Source: an uncultured delta proteobacterium | GTDB taxonomy: Bacteria > Desulfobacterota > Desulfobacteria > Desulfobacterales > JAFDCJ01 | NCBI GenBank assembly: GCA_963769935.1 | Contig: CAVYNY010000013.1 | Span: forward strand, 256,001-320,000 | DNA: 64,000 nt | Reading direction: 5' to 3' | Shown here: piece by piece, positions 8,273 through 18,163 of the stretch | Position numbering within the stretch: the stretch's first letter is position 1 | Layout of the letters: every line of letters begins with the position of its first letter | Program-made: the position numbers and the translations under genes | Notes under the pieces: generated by a model | What the model saw: only the letters and a program-made list of their open reading frames with translations | Databases searched by the model: none | Told to the model about the DNA's origin: nothing

Positions 8273-10885
8273 ATGACAAAATCGATTCGCCGCAAATTTA
8301 TTATTCTGGCCGTTTTGACGTTGTTCGCGATCTTGGTCTCATTGCCTTCGTTTATGAAAAACCTGCCGGCCGGACTGCAAAAGATTCTGTCGTCCGATGG
8401 AATGCGGCTGGGCCTGGACCTGCAAGGGGGCATGAACCTTATCTTGAAGGTCAACCTGAACCAGGCCGTGCAAAGCCAGCTGGAACAAACCCTCACGGAT
8501 TTGAAGGCCGCTCTGATGGAAAAGAATATAGCGGCCGGCCCGGTCGAAACGGTCGGGTCAAACCATGTGCGCCTGCAGCTTCCCAATCCCGCGGACATGG
8601 CTTCGCTTCGCGAAATTCTCACCCGGGACTTTCCGAATCTCACACTGCTGTCCTTCTCGCAAAACGCCGGCCAGGCCAATGTGGATTTGGCGCTCAGCGC
8701 CAAGGAAGTCAACTACATCGATGATAATTCCGTGGCCCAGAGCCTTGAGATCATTCGCAACCGCATCGACCAGTTCGGTGTTTCAGAGCCCATGCTGGTC
8801 AAACAGGGCAAAGACGAGATCGTGGTGCAGCTTCCCGGAATCAAGGACCCCGAACGGGCTCTTGAACTTGTCGGTCGGACAGCCCAGCTTCAATTTAAGC
8901 TGGTCGACTCCGGGGCCGATGTCGATCTGTCCGCCTTGATCGATCAAGCGCTCGCCGCCGGCCGCCTGAAGAAAAACTTTTCGCATCATGATCTGAACCT
9001 GGCCCTCAAAGACCAGATTCCCCCCGACGATGAAGTCTATTACGAAAGAAAGGTGGACCGCGACACGGGTCAAGTCACGATGGTGCCGCTGCTTTTGAAA
9101 AAAAGGACCCTGATGACCGGATCCATGCTGAAAACTGCCGTCGTTGAAATCGCAGGCGCTTATAACGAACCCGCGGTTGCGCTGACCCTCAATTCCAGGG
9201 GAGCCCGGATTTTTGACGAAATCACCCAGGAAAATGTCGGCCGCCAGCTGGCAATCATCCTGGACGACATCGTCCAATCCGCCCCGGTCATCCGCGAGCG
9301 CATCTCAGGCGGTAGGGCCCAGATCAGCGGATCGTTTACAACGGAAGAAGCGCACGATCTGGCGATTGTACTGCGCGCCGGGGCCCTGCCGGCGCCGGTG
9401 GATATCGTCCAAAACCTCACGGTGGGTCCGTCCCTGGGGCGGGACTCCATCCACGCCGGGGTTTCCGCGGCGGTCCTGGGCATGATTCTGGTGGTCGTGT
9501 TTATGGTAATTTATTACCGGCTTTCCGGGCTGATTGCCGACCTGGCGCTTATTTTGAATCTGATTCTCATGATGGCCGCCCTTTCCCTGTTTCGGGCCAC
9601 CCTGACGCTGCCGGGGATTGCCGGAATCGTCCTGTCCATCGGGATGGCGGTGGATTCAAATGTGCTGATTTTCGAGCGGATGCGCGAAGAGTTTGCCCTC
9701 AAAAAACCGTTCCGCTCCGCCGTGGAAGGCGGCTATGACAAGGCCCTGTGGACCATCGTCGATTCCCATATAACGACCCTGATTACGGCCTTTGCCCTGT
9801 TCCTATTCGGCACGGGACCCATCAAGGGTTTTGCCGTAACCTTGAGTATCGGTGTGATCTTCAACCTCTTTACGGCGCTGTATGGAACCCGGGCGGTCTA
9901 TGATTACCTCCACTTCAGCCGCCGGATTAAAGCGCTTCACTTTCTGCAGATCATAAAAAATTCCCGGATCGATTTTATCGGGCTCAGGAAAGCGGCCTTC
10001 CTGCTGTCAAGCCTGCTGGTTATTTTGGGTCTTTTGGCCTTCGTGCAGATTCAACGGGGCAAAGCCAATCTGGGGGTGGATTTTGCAGGCGGGACCATGG
10101 TGCAATTCAAAGCGCAAAAGCATTTTGATCTGGCGGAAATCCGCCAAGCTTTGAACCGTCGCAATTTGACGGATTATGAATTGCAAAACGTTCCCGGGCA
10201 AAACATTTTAATCGTGCGCATTAAACAATCGCAGCCGTCCATCGGTGCCGCCGCGGATCAGGTGACCGCCGCCCTCGTCCAGGAATTGCCCGACAAGGGC
10301 TTCGTCGTGCAGAGCAAGGCAGAAATCGGCGCCTCCGTCAGCCAGGATTTAAAACACGCCGCCCTGATCGCCATCGCGATTTCCATGGCCGGAATTATCA
10401 TCTATCTTGGCTGGCGTTTTGATCTGCGATTCGGAATTGCGGCCGCCGTCGCCACTTTCCACGACGTTTTGACCGTGCTGGGTATCTTCTATCTTTTGAA
10501 CAAGGAAATCACCCTGCTGGTGGTTACGGCCCTGCTTACCCTGGCGGGGTATTCCCTGACCGATACCGTGGTTGTTTTCGACCGTATTCGCGAAAACCTC
10601 AAAAAAAAGGGCAAATCGGATCTCGGGCAGGTGATCAATCAAAGCATCAACGAAGTTCTCAGCCGGACCCTGATAACCTCCGGCACCGTGCTGATGGTGT
10701 TGATCGCCCTGCTGTTGACGGGTGGGGTTTTGCTGCGTGATTTTGCACTGGCGCTGACCATCGGGGTCGTGGTGGGAACCTATTCATCGGTCTTTGTGGC
10801 CAGCCCCCTGGTCTACATCTGGCCGGCGCGCAAGCGCCCGGCGGCCGTGGCTGCGGCCAAGCCCCGCAAAAGCACTGCGCGATGA
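8273..10885 (+). CDS. secDF: Fused protein translocase subunit SecDF
   Basis: LGLDLQGG, RIDQFGVSEP, GMAVDSNVLIFER, LGVDFAGG, GYSLTDTVVVFDRIRE. Confidence 0.95.
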   Translation: MTKSIRRKFIILAVLTLFAILVSLPSFMKNLPAGLQKILSSDGMRLGLDLQGGMNLILKVNLNQAVQSQLEQTLTDLKAALMEKNIAAGPVETVGSNHVRLQLPNPADMASLREILTRDFPNLTLLSFSQNAGQANVDLALSAKEVNYIDDNSVAQSLEIIRNRIDQFGVSEPMLVKQGKDEIVVQLPGIKDPERALELVGRTAQLQFKLVDSGADVDLSALIDQALAAGRLKKNFSHHDLNLALKDQIPPDDEVYYERKVDRDTGQVTMVPLLLKKRTLMTGSMLKTAVVEIAGAYNEPAVALTLNSRGARIFDEITQENVGRQLAIILDDIVQSAPVIRERISGGRAQISGSFTTEEAHDLAIVLRAGALPAPVDIVQNLTVGPSLGRDSIHAGVSAAVLGMILVVVFMVIYYRLSGLIADLALILNLILMMAALSLFRATLTLPGIAGIVLSIGMAVDSNVLIFERMREEFALKKPFRSAVEGGYDKALWTIVDSHITTLITAFALFLFGTGPIKGFAVTLSIGVIFNLFTALYGTRAVYDYLHFSRRIKALHFLQIIKNSRIDFIGLRKAAFLLSSLLVILGLLAFVQIQRGKANLGVDFAGGTMVQFKAQKHFDLAEIRQALNRRNLTDYELQNVPGQNILIVRIKQSQPSIGAAADQVTAALVQELPDKGFVVQSKAEIGASVSQDLKHAALIAIAISMAGIIIYLGWRFDLRFGIAAAVATFHDVLTVLGIFYLLNKEITLLVVTALLTLAGYSLTDTVVVFDRIRENLKKKGKSDLGQVINQSINEVLSRTLITSGTVLMVLIALLLTGGVLLRDFALALTIGVVVGTYSSVFVASPLVYIWPARKRPAAVAAAKPRKSTAR

Positions 10886-10948
10886 GACAAACGACTTTGA
10901 AATGCATTAATGATTACGGACATATCTTGTTGAATTTCCGAGGCTGCG

Positions 10949-12415
10949 ATGATATCGACTGGTGACAGAGCCCAGCAACTAAGTGACGAGGCGGCCAACC
11001 CGTCGGTCCCTTTGGCAATTGACTTGGACGGCACCTTGATCAAGACCGATTCCCTGATCGAGTCCCTGCTGCTCCTGTTCAAGCGCAATCCCTTATTTGT
11101 TTTCCGCCTTTCGGCCTGGCTGCCGAAGGGCATAGCTCACCTGAAACGCAGGGTGGCGTGTCGGGTGACATTGGATGTGAGCAGTTTGCCCTATCATATG
11201 GGTCTTTTGACTTATCTGCGGGATGCGCACCACGAAAACAGATCGCTGGTTCTGGCCACAGGCGCTGACGAGCACATTGCCCGGCAGATTGCCGATTACC
11301 TGCAGATCTTCGATCGGGTCATGGCCAGCGACGGGCGGACCAACCTGTCCGGCGTCGCCAAAAGGGACCGTCTGGTGGCGGAATTCGGAACTGCAGGATT
11401 TGATTACGTCGGCAACAGTCGAAAAGACCAGGTCATCTGGCAGGCGGCCCGGCGCGCCCTGGTGGTCGGTTCACAGCTAAGCATCGACAAGGCCCGGGCC
11501 CGCTTAACAAATGTGGGCCAGGTATTTGAAGTGGACGCTGCCGGCTGGCGAATGCGTCTGCGGCCGCTGCGTCTTTACCAGTGGCTGAAAAACGTATTGG
11601 TATTTGTGCCGCTGCTGGCCGCCCATCAATTTCATGAGATCGGCCTGCTGGCATCGGCCTGCCTGGCGTTTGTATCCTTCGGACTTTGTGCCTCCAGCGT
11701 CTACATACTCAATGATCTGCTGGATTTGGCGGATGATCGCCGGCATCCGCGCAAGCGGCGACGAGTCTTTGCATCGGGCAGACTGCCGTTGACGGCCGGT
11801 CAGTGGATGATTCCTGTCTTGCTCGGGCTCAGCATCGGGGTAGCGCTGGCCTTGCCCGGCTCGTTTCTGATCGTGCTGGGAATTTATTATGGGCTGACGC
11901 TGGCCTATTCGCTGCGCTTGAAGAAAATCGTGATTCTGGATGCAATCTTGCTGGCGGCGCTGTTCACCGTGCGCATGTTGGCCGGTTCGGCGGCCGTTGC
12001 GATCTGGCCGTCCTCCTGGCTGCTGGCCCTATCCATGTTTCTGTTCATCAGCCTGGCATTGGTCAAACGCTATGCCGAACTGGTGACCATGCGCATCGAG
12101 CACGGTCTAAGCGCCCGGGCGCGCAGCTACGTGGTGAGCGATGCGGAGCTTCTGGCCGCCATGGGCGTTGCCAGCGCGTTCGTGGCGGTGCTGGTGTTGG
12201 TGCTGTATATTACCAGCGGACCGGCTCACCTTCACTACGGCCGCCATCAGGCAATCTGGCTGGCTTGCCCGATGCTGCTTTTTTGGATCTGCTACCTTTG
12301 GCTGGTTGCCCACCGGGGCGGCATGCACGACGATCCGCTGGTCTTTGCCCTCAAGGATCGGGGCAGCCGTTTCGCTCTGGGCGTACTGGCCATCATTATG
12401 ATACTGGCGATATAA
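10949..12415 (+). CDS. UbiA-family prenyl-phosphate phosphoribosyltransferase with N-terminal HAD-like domain
   Basis: DLDGTL HAD motif; QWLKNVLVF, YILNDLLDLADDRRHP.KR.R, KRYAEL, MHDDP..FA.KD. Confidence 0.88.
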   Translation: MISTGDRAQQLSDEAANPSVPLAIDLDGTLIKTDSLIESLLLLFKRNPLFVFRLSAWLPKGIAHLKRRVACRVTLDVSSLPYHMGLLTYLRDAHHENRSLVLATGADEHIARQIADYLQIFDRVMASDGRTNLSGVAKRDRLVAEFGTAGFDYVGNSRKDQVIWQAARRALVVGSQLSIDKARARLTNVGQVFEVDAAGWRMRLRPLRLYQWLKNVLVFVPLLAAHQFHEIGLLASACLAFVSFGLCASSVYILNDLLDLADDRRHPRKRRRVFASGRLPLTAGQWMIPVLLGLSIGVALALPGSFLIVLGIYYGLTLAYSLRLKKIVILDAILLAALFTVRMLAGSAAVAIWPSSWLLALSMFLFISLALVKRYAELVTMRIEHGLSARARSYVVSDAELLAAMGVASAFVAVLVLVLYITSGPAHLHYGRHQAIWLACPMLLFWICYLWLVAHRGGMHDDPLVFALKDRGSRFALGVLAIIMILAI

Positions 12416-12418
12416 TCC

Positions 12419-13732
12419 ATGCACCCGCGCTATCATTCCTGGGGACGTTATCCGCAGTTCGACCAGTCGGCCGTGCGCCTGCGCTGGCGTTCGCTGCCGC
12501 TGCCGATCCCGCCTGACGCGCAGGCGACCTGCCTGCCGTTTGGCAACGGCCGCTCCTACGGCGACAGCTGCCTCAATGCTGGAGGATTTTTGCTGGATGC
12601 CCGCGGCCTGGATCGCTTTATCGCATTTGACCCGCTCGAAGGCATCTTAAGATGTGAAAGCGGCGTGCTGCTGTCTGAGATTCTGGCGCTGACCGTGCCC
12701 CGCGGGTGGTTTCCGCCGGTCGTGCCGGGAACCAAGTTCGTAACCGTCGGCGGGGCCATTGCCAACGACGTCCACGGCAAAAACCATCACAGCGCAGGGA
12801 CATTCGGATGTCACATCCGCAGCCTGGAGTTGCTGCGCTCCGACGGCCGGCGGCTGGTGTGTTCACCGTCTGAAAATGCGGAATGGTTCCGGGCCACGAT
12901 CGGAGGGCTGGGATTGACCGGCCTGATCCTCTGGGCCGAGATCGCCTTGAAACGAATCGACAACGCGACCATGGATGTGGAGACCATTCGATTTGCGCGG
13001 CTGGATGATTTTTTCGACCTGTCCGCGGAGTCCGATCGTCAATACGAATACACGGTGGCCTGGATCGACTGCATGGCTCTGGGCGGCCACCTCGGAAGGG
13101 GTCTTTTCATTCGCGGGAATCACGCCGCCCCGGATGCTGCGCCGGTTGATGCCCCCCGGCGCCGGGTGAGCATACCGGTGAATCTGCCGGTTAATCTGAT
13201 TACCCGCATGACCGCCCGCTTGTTCAACAATCTTCACTACCGGATGCAATTGAGAACCCGCAGCATCGGGTTCGAGCACTACGAGCACTTCTTTTTCCCG
13301 CTGGACGGAATTGGGCATTGGAACCGACTTTACGGCCCACGGGGGTTTTTGCAGTACCAGTGCGTGGTGCCGGTCGTCGAAGGCCGAAGTGCCCTGCGGG
13401 AGATCATCGACCGGGGGGCGCACGGCGGGATCGACTCGTTTTTCGGAGTGCTCAAAATCTTCGGGGACCGTCGATCGCCCGGCCTGCTGTCCTTCCCGAG
13501 GCCCGGGGTAACGGTTGCCCTGGATTTTTATCATCACGGCGAAACGACGCTGCGGCTGCTCGATTCCCTGGACGAAATCGTGCTGTCGGTGGGGGGCGCG
13601 GTGAGTCCATACAAGGACGCACGCATGTCCGGGGACAGCTTTAGGCGCTATTTTCCCCGGTGGCAGGAGTTGGAAAGTTTTCGGGACCCCAAGTTCAGCT
13701 CCAGCCTGTGGAGACGTGTCACGGGAGTGTGA
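12419..13732 (+). CDS. FAD-binding oxidoreductase, DprE1-like
   Basis: GNGRSYGDS, PGTKFVTVGGAIANDVHGKNHH, GGLGLTG, WNRLYGPRGFLQYQ, KDARM. Confidence 0.88.
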   Translation: MHPRYHSWGRYPQFDQSAVRLRWRSLPLPIPPDAQATCLPFGNGRSYGDSCLNAGGFLLDARGLDRFIAFDPLEGILRCESGVLLSEILALTVPRGWFPPVVPGTKFVTVGGAIANDVHGKNHHSAGTFGCHIRSLELLRSDGRRLVCSPSENAEWFRATIGGLGLTGLILWAEIALKRIDNATMDVETIRFARLDDFFDLSAESDRQYEYTVAWIDCMALGGHLGRGLFIRGNHAAPDAAPVDAPRRRVSIPVNLPVNLITRMTARLFNNLHYRMQLRTRSIGFEHYEHFFFPLDGIGHWNRLYGPRGFLQYQCVVPVVEGRSALREIIDRGAHGGIDSFFGVLKIFGDRRSPGLLSFPRPGVTVALDFYHHGETTLRLLDSLDEIVLSVGGAVSPYKDARMSGDSFRRYFPRWQELESFRDPKFSSSLWRRVTGV

Positions 13733-13734
13733 CG

Positions 13735-14472
13735 ATGCGACGGATTCTGATATTTGGAGCGACCTCCGCCCTGGCCGAAGCCACGGCGCGCCTGTTTGCA
13801 GCGGGCGGCAACAGTTTTTTCCTGGTGGCGCGGGATCCGGCTAAACTGGCGGCGGTGGCCGATGACCTGCGTGTGCGCGGGACGGCGCAAGTGGCTGCGG
13901 CTGCAGCCGATGCCCTGGAATTCGATCGGCACCAGGCTCTGGTGGACGAGGCGTTTGAAGCCCTGAACGGATTGGACACGGTTCTGATCGCCCACGGCAC
14001 CCTGCCGGATCAAAAATCCTGCGAGCAGTCTTTTGAAACCGCCCGGCGGGAATTCGAAGTCAACGCCCTGAGTGTAATGTCTGTGCTAACGCATGTAGCG
14101 AATCGATTCGAGCGCCAGGGATTCGGCACCATCTCCGTAATTAGTTCAGCGGCCGGCGATCGCGGCCGGCAGTCCAACTATGTGTACGGAGCGGCCAAGG
14201 GCGCGGTGTCGCTTTTCATGCAGGGACTTCGCAACCGCCTGCATTCGAGCGGCGTTCGCGTGCTGACCATCAAGCCCGGCTTCGTGGATACCCCCATGAC
14301 GGCAGCCTTTGCCAAGGGCATCCTGTGGACCCGCCCGCAACAGGTGGCCCGGGGCATTTACGAAGCCATTGAAAAGAAAAAAGATATCGTCTATCTCCCG
14401 TGGTTCTGGTCACCGATCATGCGGGTTATCCGGGGAGTGCCGGAGGCAATATTCAAACGGATGCGGCTTTGA
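13735..14472 (+). CDS. SDR oxidoreductase, DprE2-like
   Basis: IFGATSALA, AGDRGRQSNYVYGAAK, IKPGFVDTPMT; follows the DprE1-like gene. Confidence 0.85.
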   Translation: MRRILIFGATSALAEATARLFAAGGNSFFLVARDPAKLAAVADDLRVRGTAQVAAAAADALEFDRHQALVDEAFEALNGLDTVLIAHGTLPDQKSCEQSFETARREFEVNALSVMSVLTHVANRFERQGFGTISVISSAAGDRGRQSNYVYGAAKGAVSLFMQGLRNRLHSSGVRVLTIKPGFVDTPMTAAFAKGILWTRPQQVARGIYEAIEKKKDIVYLPWFWSPIMRVIRGVPEAIFKRMRL

Positions 14473-14532
14473 AAGGTTTCAGGTTTCAGGCCAACCGGTG
14501 GCCAAGAGAACAGCGGTAGAAGTTTGTGCCGG

Positions 14533-14605
14533 GTGGGAGTGGTTTTCAACCACGATTTTCGATGGCAGCCCGACCGCGCTTATCGCGGTTGCAAACCGCT
14601 CCCAC
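14533..14605. repeat. REPIN-like inverted pair of 24-bp REP units
   Basis: gtgggagtggttttcaaccacgat ... atcgcggttgcaaaccgctcccac (3 mismatches in 24). Confidence 0.7.
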
Positions 14606-14752
14606 AACATCTTGAAACCGTGAGCAGGTAACATAAAATTTTCGTCTTTGATTAAACTGGCCGCTCCGCGTCCAGCGGTCCGCGGAGGCGGAACACCTGC
14701 AACCTTAACCTATTCAAATGAGGTCTCGGTAGACACTCTTCTCTTTAACACA

Positions 14753-16622
14753 ATGAATTTTAAGCGATTTCATATCAACAGTATGGCCTGGCCCACGGGC
14801 AAATGCCGTGCCCCATCCGGCCGGCGCGCCCTGATTTGCACGATGCCGGTGGTTGCGGCCCTCCTGATTTTCGGCGGCGCGGGCCGCAGCTGGTCCGATA
14901 TGCCCGTTGTCGAGAGCCAGGTCAAGCCTACGAGGCGGAACAGCCGAAAACCGTAGTTGAGCTGCAACAGTTTCGAACCACGAATTCGATTCGGGTCGAC
15001 CTGCCGGACGGCACGCAGGCTGGCGTGACGCTGATCAATTTGAATCCGCAAATCAACCGCTGGTATTTGCTGCGGATCAGCCCAAACGGCAGTACTACGC
15101 AGGAGGATTATCACCTGGAAAACCCGTTCCCGGACCACCAGCAGGTTGTGATAGATGAAAAGTCGCCGGACGGCCTGATTCTTACGGAAGATAACGCTGC
15201 GCACCATTGCCCGCTTTGGAAGTCGTTTCCGAGCGGTGCTCTGGATGCCGCCAGACGCTCGCAGCAGGTATACGCGCCGCTGTGTGACGGAAAACTGTAT
15301 CTGCGCAATCCGGCCAAGGGCCACCGCACAGCCATTGAGGCCGTAACCGACTTTCTGCGGGACAAGCTGCCCGGCGGCGAGGCCATCGTCGGATTTGTGC
15401 GGGACACCTTTTTCAAGGATGCGTACCGGGAACAGGCGCGGACGATGTCCGGCTCGGCCCCTAAGGCGGAGACCCCACCTCCGGATTCTCCGTCAGCGGC
15501 CATGATCGATCCGGGCTACACCGACCGGCTGATGGAACCGGTGGACTGGGTATTCAACTGGAAGGAGCGGCCTCAGGCATGCTTGCCGGCCGATGGTATG
15601 CCGTCAAGGACAACCCGGGCATCTTTGTGAGTCTGATTCAACCCCAGGCGGTTGCCCCCGAGATTCTCAGGAGCTATCCCAAGATCGTCAAGCAGCTGGA
15701 CAGTGTTGAAGCCGGTGCGCTGGTATACCTGACGGCCTTTGATCTCGGGCGCTTCGACCTGGGATTTGCGCTCGGCACCGAGCATCCCCGGGTGGATTGG
15801 TCCGAACGCATTTTGCCTCAGATGAAGATTGCGGACCTGCCGGGACCCGACGGCATCGGCACCATTGCACCCCTGGTGGCCAACGGCATGGTCAGTCCGA
15901 TCGAAGCCGCCCGGACGGTGGCCACATTCACCGGCGGGTTCAAACGCATTCACGGCGCCTTCAGATACGGCGAACTGGCCTATCGCAATCACGGTTCCCA
16001 CTACGGGTTCATGGAAAGCGGAGCGGTACTCAGCAAGCTTCAGCCCGGATTGGCGACCCTGCTGGTCCTGGATGACGGCAGTCTGGAGATGAAAACGTGG
16101 ACCGAGCAGGATAACTCTAAACTTGAACGGATCATCCATGCCCGCCAAAACGGTGTGCCGATCATTGAATTCGATCCGGTTTCCCAGAAACCGGTCCCGG
16201 GTCGCCTGGTCGGCCAGTGGCTGGCGGGCAACTGGGCCGGATCCGACGACAAGAAACTGCGCACGCTGCGCGCCGGAGCTGCAGTGCAGCAAACCGGCGG
16301 CAGACGATTTTTAATCTACGGTTATTTTTCCACGGCCACGCCGTCGGCGATGGCCCGGGTTTTTCAGGCCTACGGCTGTCGCTACGCCATGCACCTGGAC
16401 ATGAATGCCCTGGAACACACCTACCTGGCGCTCTACCGCCGGGAGGGCGACCATATGGCGGTCGAGCATCTGATTCAGGGCATGAGCGTGTTGGACAAGT
16501 CCGACAAAGGGCAATACGTTCCGCGATTTATCGGATACCCGGACAACCGGGATTTTTTCTACGTAATGCGGCGCGAGGGGCAAGGCGTAATTTCCAAATT
16601 CCAAGCACCAAATAACAAATAA
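14753..16622 (+). CDS. Exported protein with phosphodiester-glycosidase (NAGPA)-like C-terminus; two apparent frameshifts (~14920, ~15545)
   Basis: ORFs 14648-14956, 14803-15630 and 15579-16622 join into one ~620-aa frame; hydrophobic N-terminal segment; TFTGGFK, RQNGVPII, LRAG, AMHLDMN motifs. Confidence 0.55.
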
Positions 16623-16829
16623 ATTCCAAATCACAATAATCAATGACCGATAACGGCCGAGCCTTTAAAAGTCAGGCTGTTTTAACTAGTCGTGTTTTAG
16701 AAATTTATTGGTTTGGTCCTAAAAGGATCTCGTATTTATCTGAAGGGATGGCCCAAACAGATGCAGTCCGGTTTGAAATTTGGAATTTTGGTAATTGTGA
16801 TTTGTTTGATATTTGATATTTGGAATTTG
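16589..16829. repeat. Large imperfect inverted repeat built of ~7-bp units (aaattcc/caaat)
   Basis: aaattccaagcaccaaataacaaat... versus ...tttgatatttgatatttggaattt; left arm overlaps the 3' end of the preceding CDS. Confidence 0.8.
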
Positions 16830-16851
16830 TAGTTTTGAGAGTGGAGGCGAT

Positions 16852-17862
16852 ATGAATCGATTCTGGTGCATTTCGATCATTGTTGTCATAGTGTTTTGCT
16901 GCTATGCCGGGACCGGCGCGGAATCGCTGAAGGAACAAAATGAAGCCCTGCTCGCCGAACTGCAGCGCATCCATGGGCTGTCCGACTCGCAAATTACCGG
17001 TGTGCGTGCGATATTTGCCGCATCGCCTTACATCGGGCAGGGCAACCCCGCGGTCACGCAGCATCCGGCCACCCGCCGGGAATGCAAGGCCAAACTTCAG
17101 CAGTTGTCGATTAACTACGAAAATCCGCGATTCGAGCGGATATGCGGGGCTAAATACATGGCGCCGCTCTACGACCCCACGCAGGCAGCAGCCGAGGACG
17201 CCAAGGTCTGCATCGATCAGTTCGAATTTCCGGATATCCCTTGCGAATACCCGGTGGTGTGGGTGCGGGCCCGGGAAGCGGCGGAAATCTGCACCGCGAT
17301 GGGCAAGCGAATCTGCGATGCCCATGAATGGGAAGGCGCCTGTGCCGGACGATTAATGCCCCCGGACTACCGCTTTGATCTGGCGCGGGGCGTCAGCCCG
17401 GAGGAAGCCATCCACCGCATGCGAATTGCCCACAACAATGCCCACAGCGGCGATAAAACCTGGAGCTATGGCCCGGAATATCGCAAGGGCGTTTGCGCGG
17501 CCGGCAGCTTCAAGACCGCGGGCTGCACCGGCGGCAGCTGGACCCAGTGCGGGTCCAACACCTATCCGGACGGCTTTTTTCCGGAGTGCCGCAGCCCCCT
17601 GGATGTCTACGACATCAACGGCAACGCGGCCGAGCACATGAACCTGCCTCTCAATGAGGGCCAGATGGCCAGCCGCGGCAGCACGGAGCTGGGCTATACG
17701 GAGATGAAAGGCAGCTGGTTTATTTTCGATACATACCGGGCCCATGAAGACTGGTGCCGCTGGCGCGCACCGTTCTGGCACGGCAGCCGGGTGATGTCAC
17801 CCGACAGCCACCGCAATTACCACTTGGGGTTTCGGTGCTGCAAGACGCTGAAGCAGGATTAA
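16852..17862 (+). CDS. Exported Cys-rich SUMF1/FGE-sulfatase-fold protein
   Basis: Signal peptide; CIDQFEFP, GKRICDAHEWEGAC, VYDINGNAAE, KGSW, HLGFRCC. Confidence 0.8.
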   Translation: MNRFWCISIIVVIVFCCYAGTGAESLKEQNEALLAELQRIHGLSDSQITGVRAIFAASPYIGQGNPAVTQHPATRRECKAKLQQLSINYENPRFERICGAKYMAPLYDPTQAAAEDAKVCIDQFEFPDIPCEYPVVWVRAREAAEICTAMGKRICDAHEWEGACAGRLMPPDYRFDLARGVSPEEAIHRMRIAHNNAHSGDKTWSYGPEYRKGVCAAGSFKTAGCTGGSWTQCGSNTYPDGFFPECRSPLDVYDINGNAAEHMNLPLNEGQMASRGSTELGYTEMKGSWFIFDTYRAHEDWCRWRAPFWHGSRVMSPDSHRNYHLGFRCCKTLKQD

Positions 17863-17908
17863 GCCCAACGTCTCGGGAATTCTTCAACCTAACGAAATCA
17901 TATCGGTG

Positions 17909-18157
17909 TTCAGCCCAGCCGCCGGCCTGAGAGGCGGCCAGTTTGATCGATAAAAGAAACTTTTGGGAACTCGGACACAGTTGGATTTAATATCACGCCC
18001 ACTTTCAGGCTTCGCTCTTCGAGCTACGACCCGACAAGCCGTTAGAGCTCACGAAGACCGCAAAGAACAATTTTCTTTCGCCGCAGGCGCCTGTAAACCC
18101 CGACCACTGCGATCTCTGAGCGCTCTGAGTGAGATGTAGTTATGGTTTCATATAAGG
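17909..18157 (+). repeat. Non-coding palindromic MITE-like element (family with 50093-50352 and 14640-14665)
   Basis: Starts gccgccggcc..gcggccagtttgatcga.aaaagaaac and ends gtttcatataag, the same termini as at 50.1-50.35 kb. Confidence 0.65.
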
Positions 18158-18163
18158 CGGAAA

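Noticed and set aside
11803..12516. 237-aa alternative-frame ORF (and many similar long overlapping ORFs)
   Set aside because: Off-frame products of GC-rich coding sequence overlapping well-supported genes
16589..16829. CRISPR array interpretation of this and other repeat tracts
   Set aside because: Units are 7-9 bp and degenerate, with no constant 23-47 bp repeat and unique spacers; no cas genes
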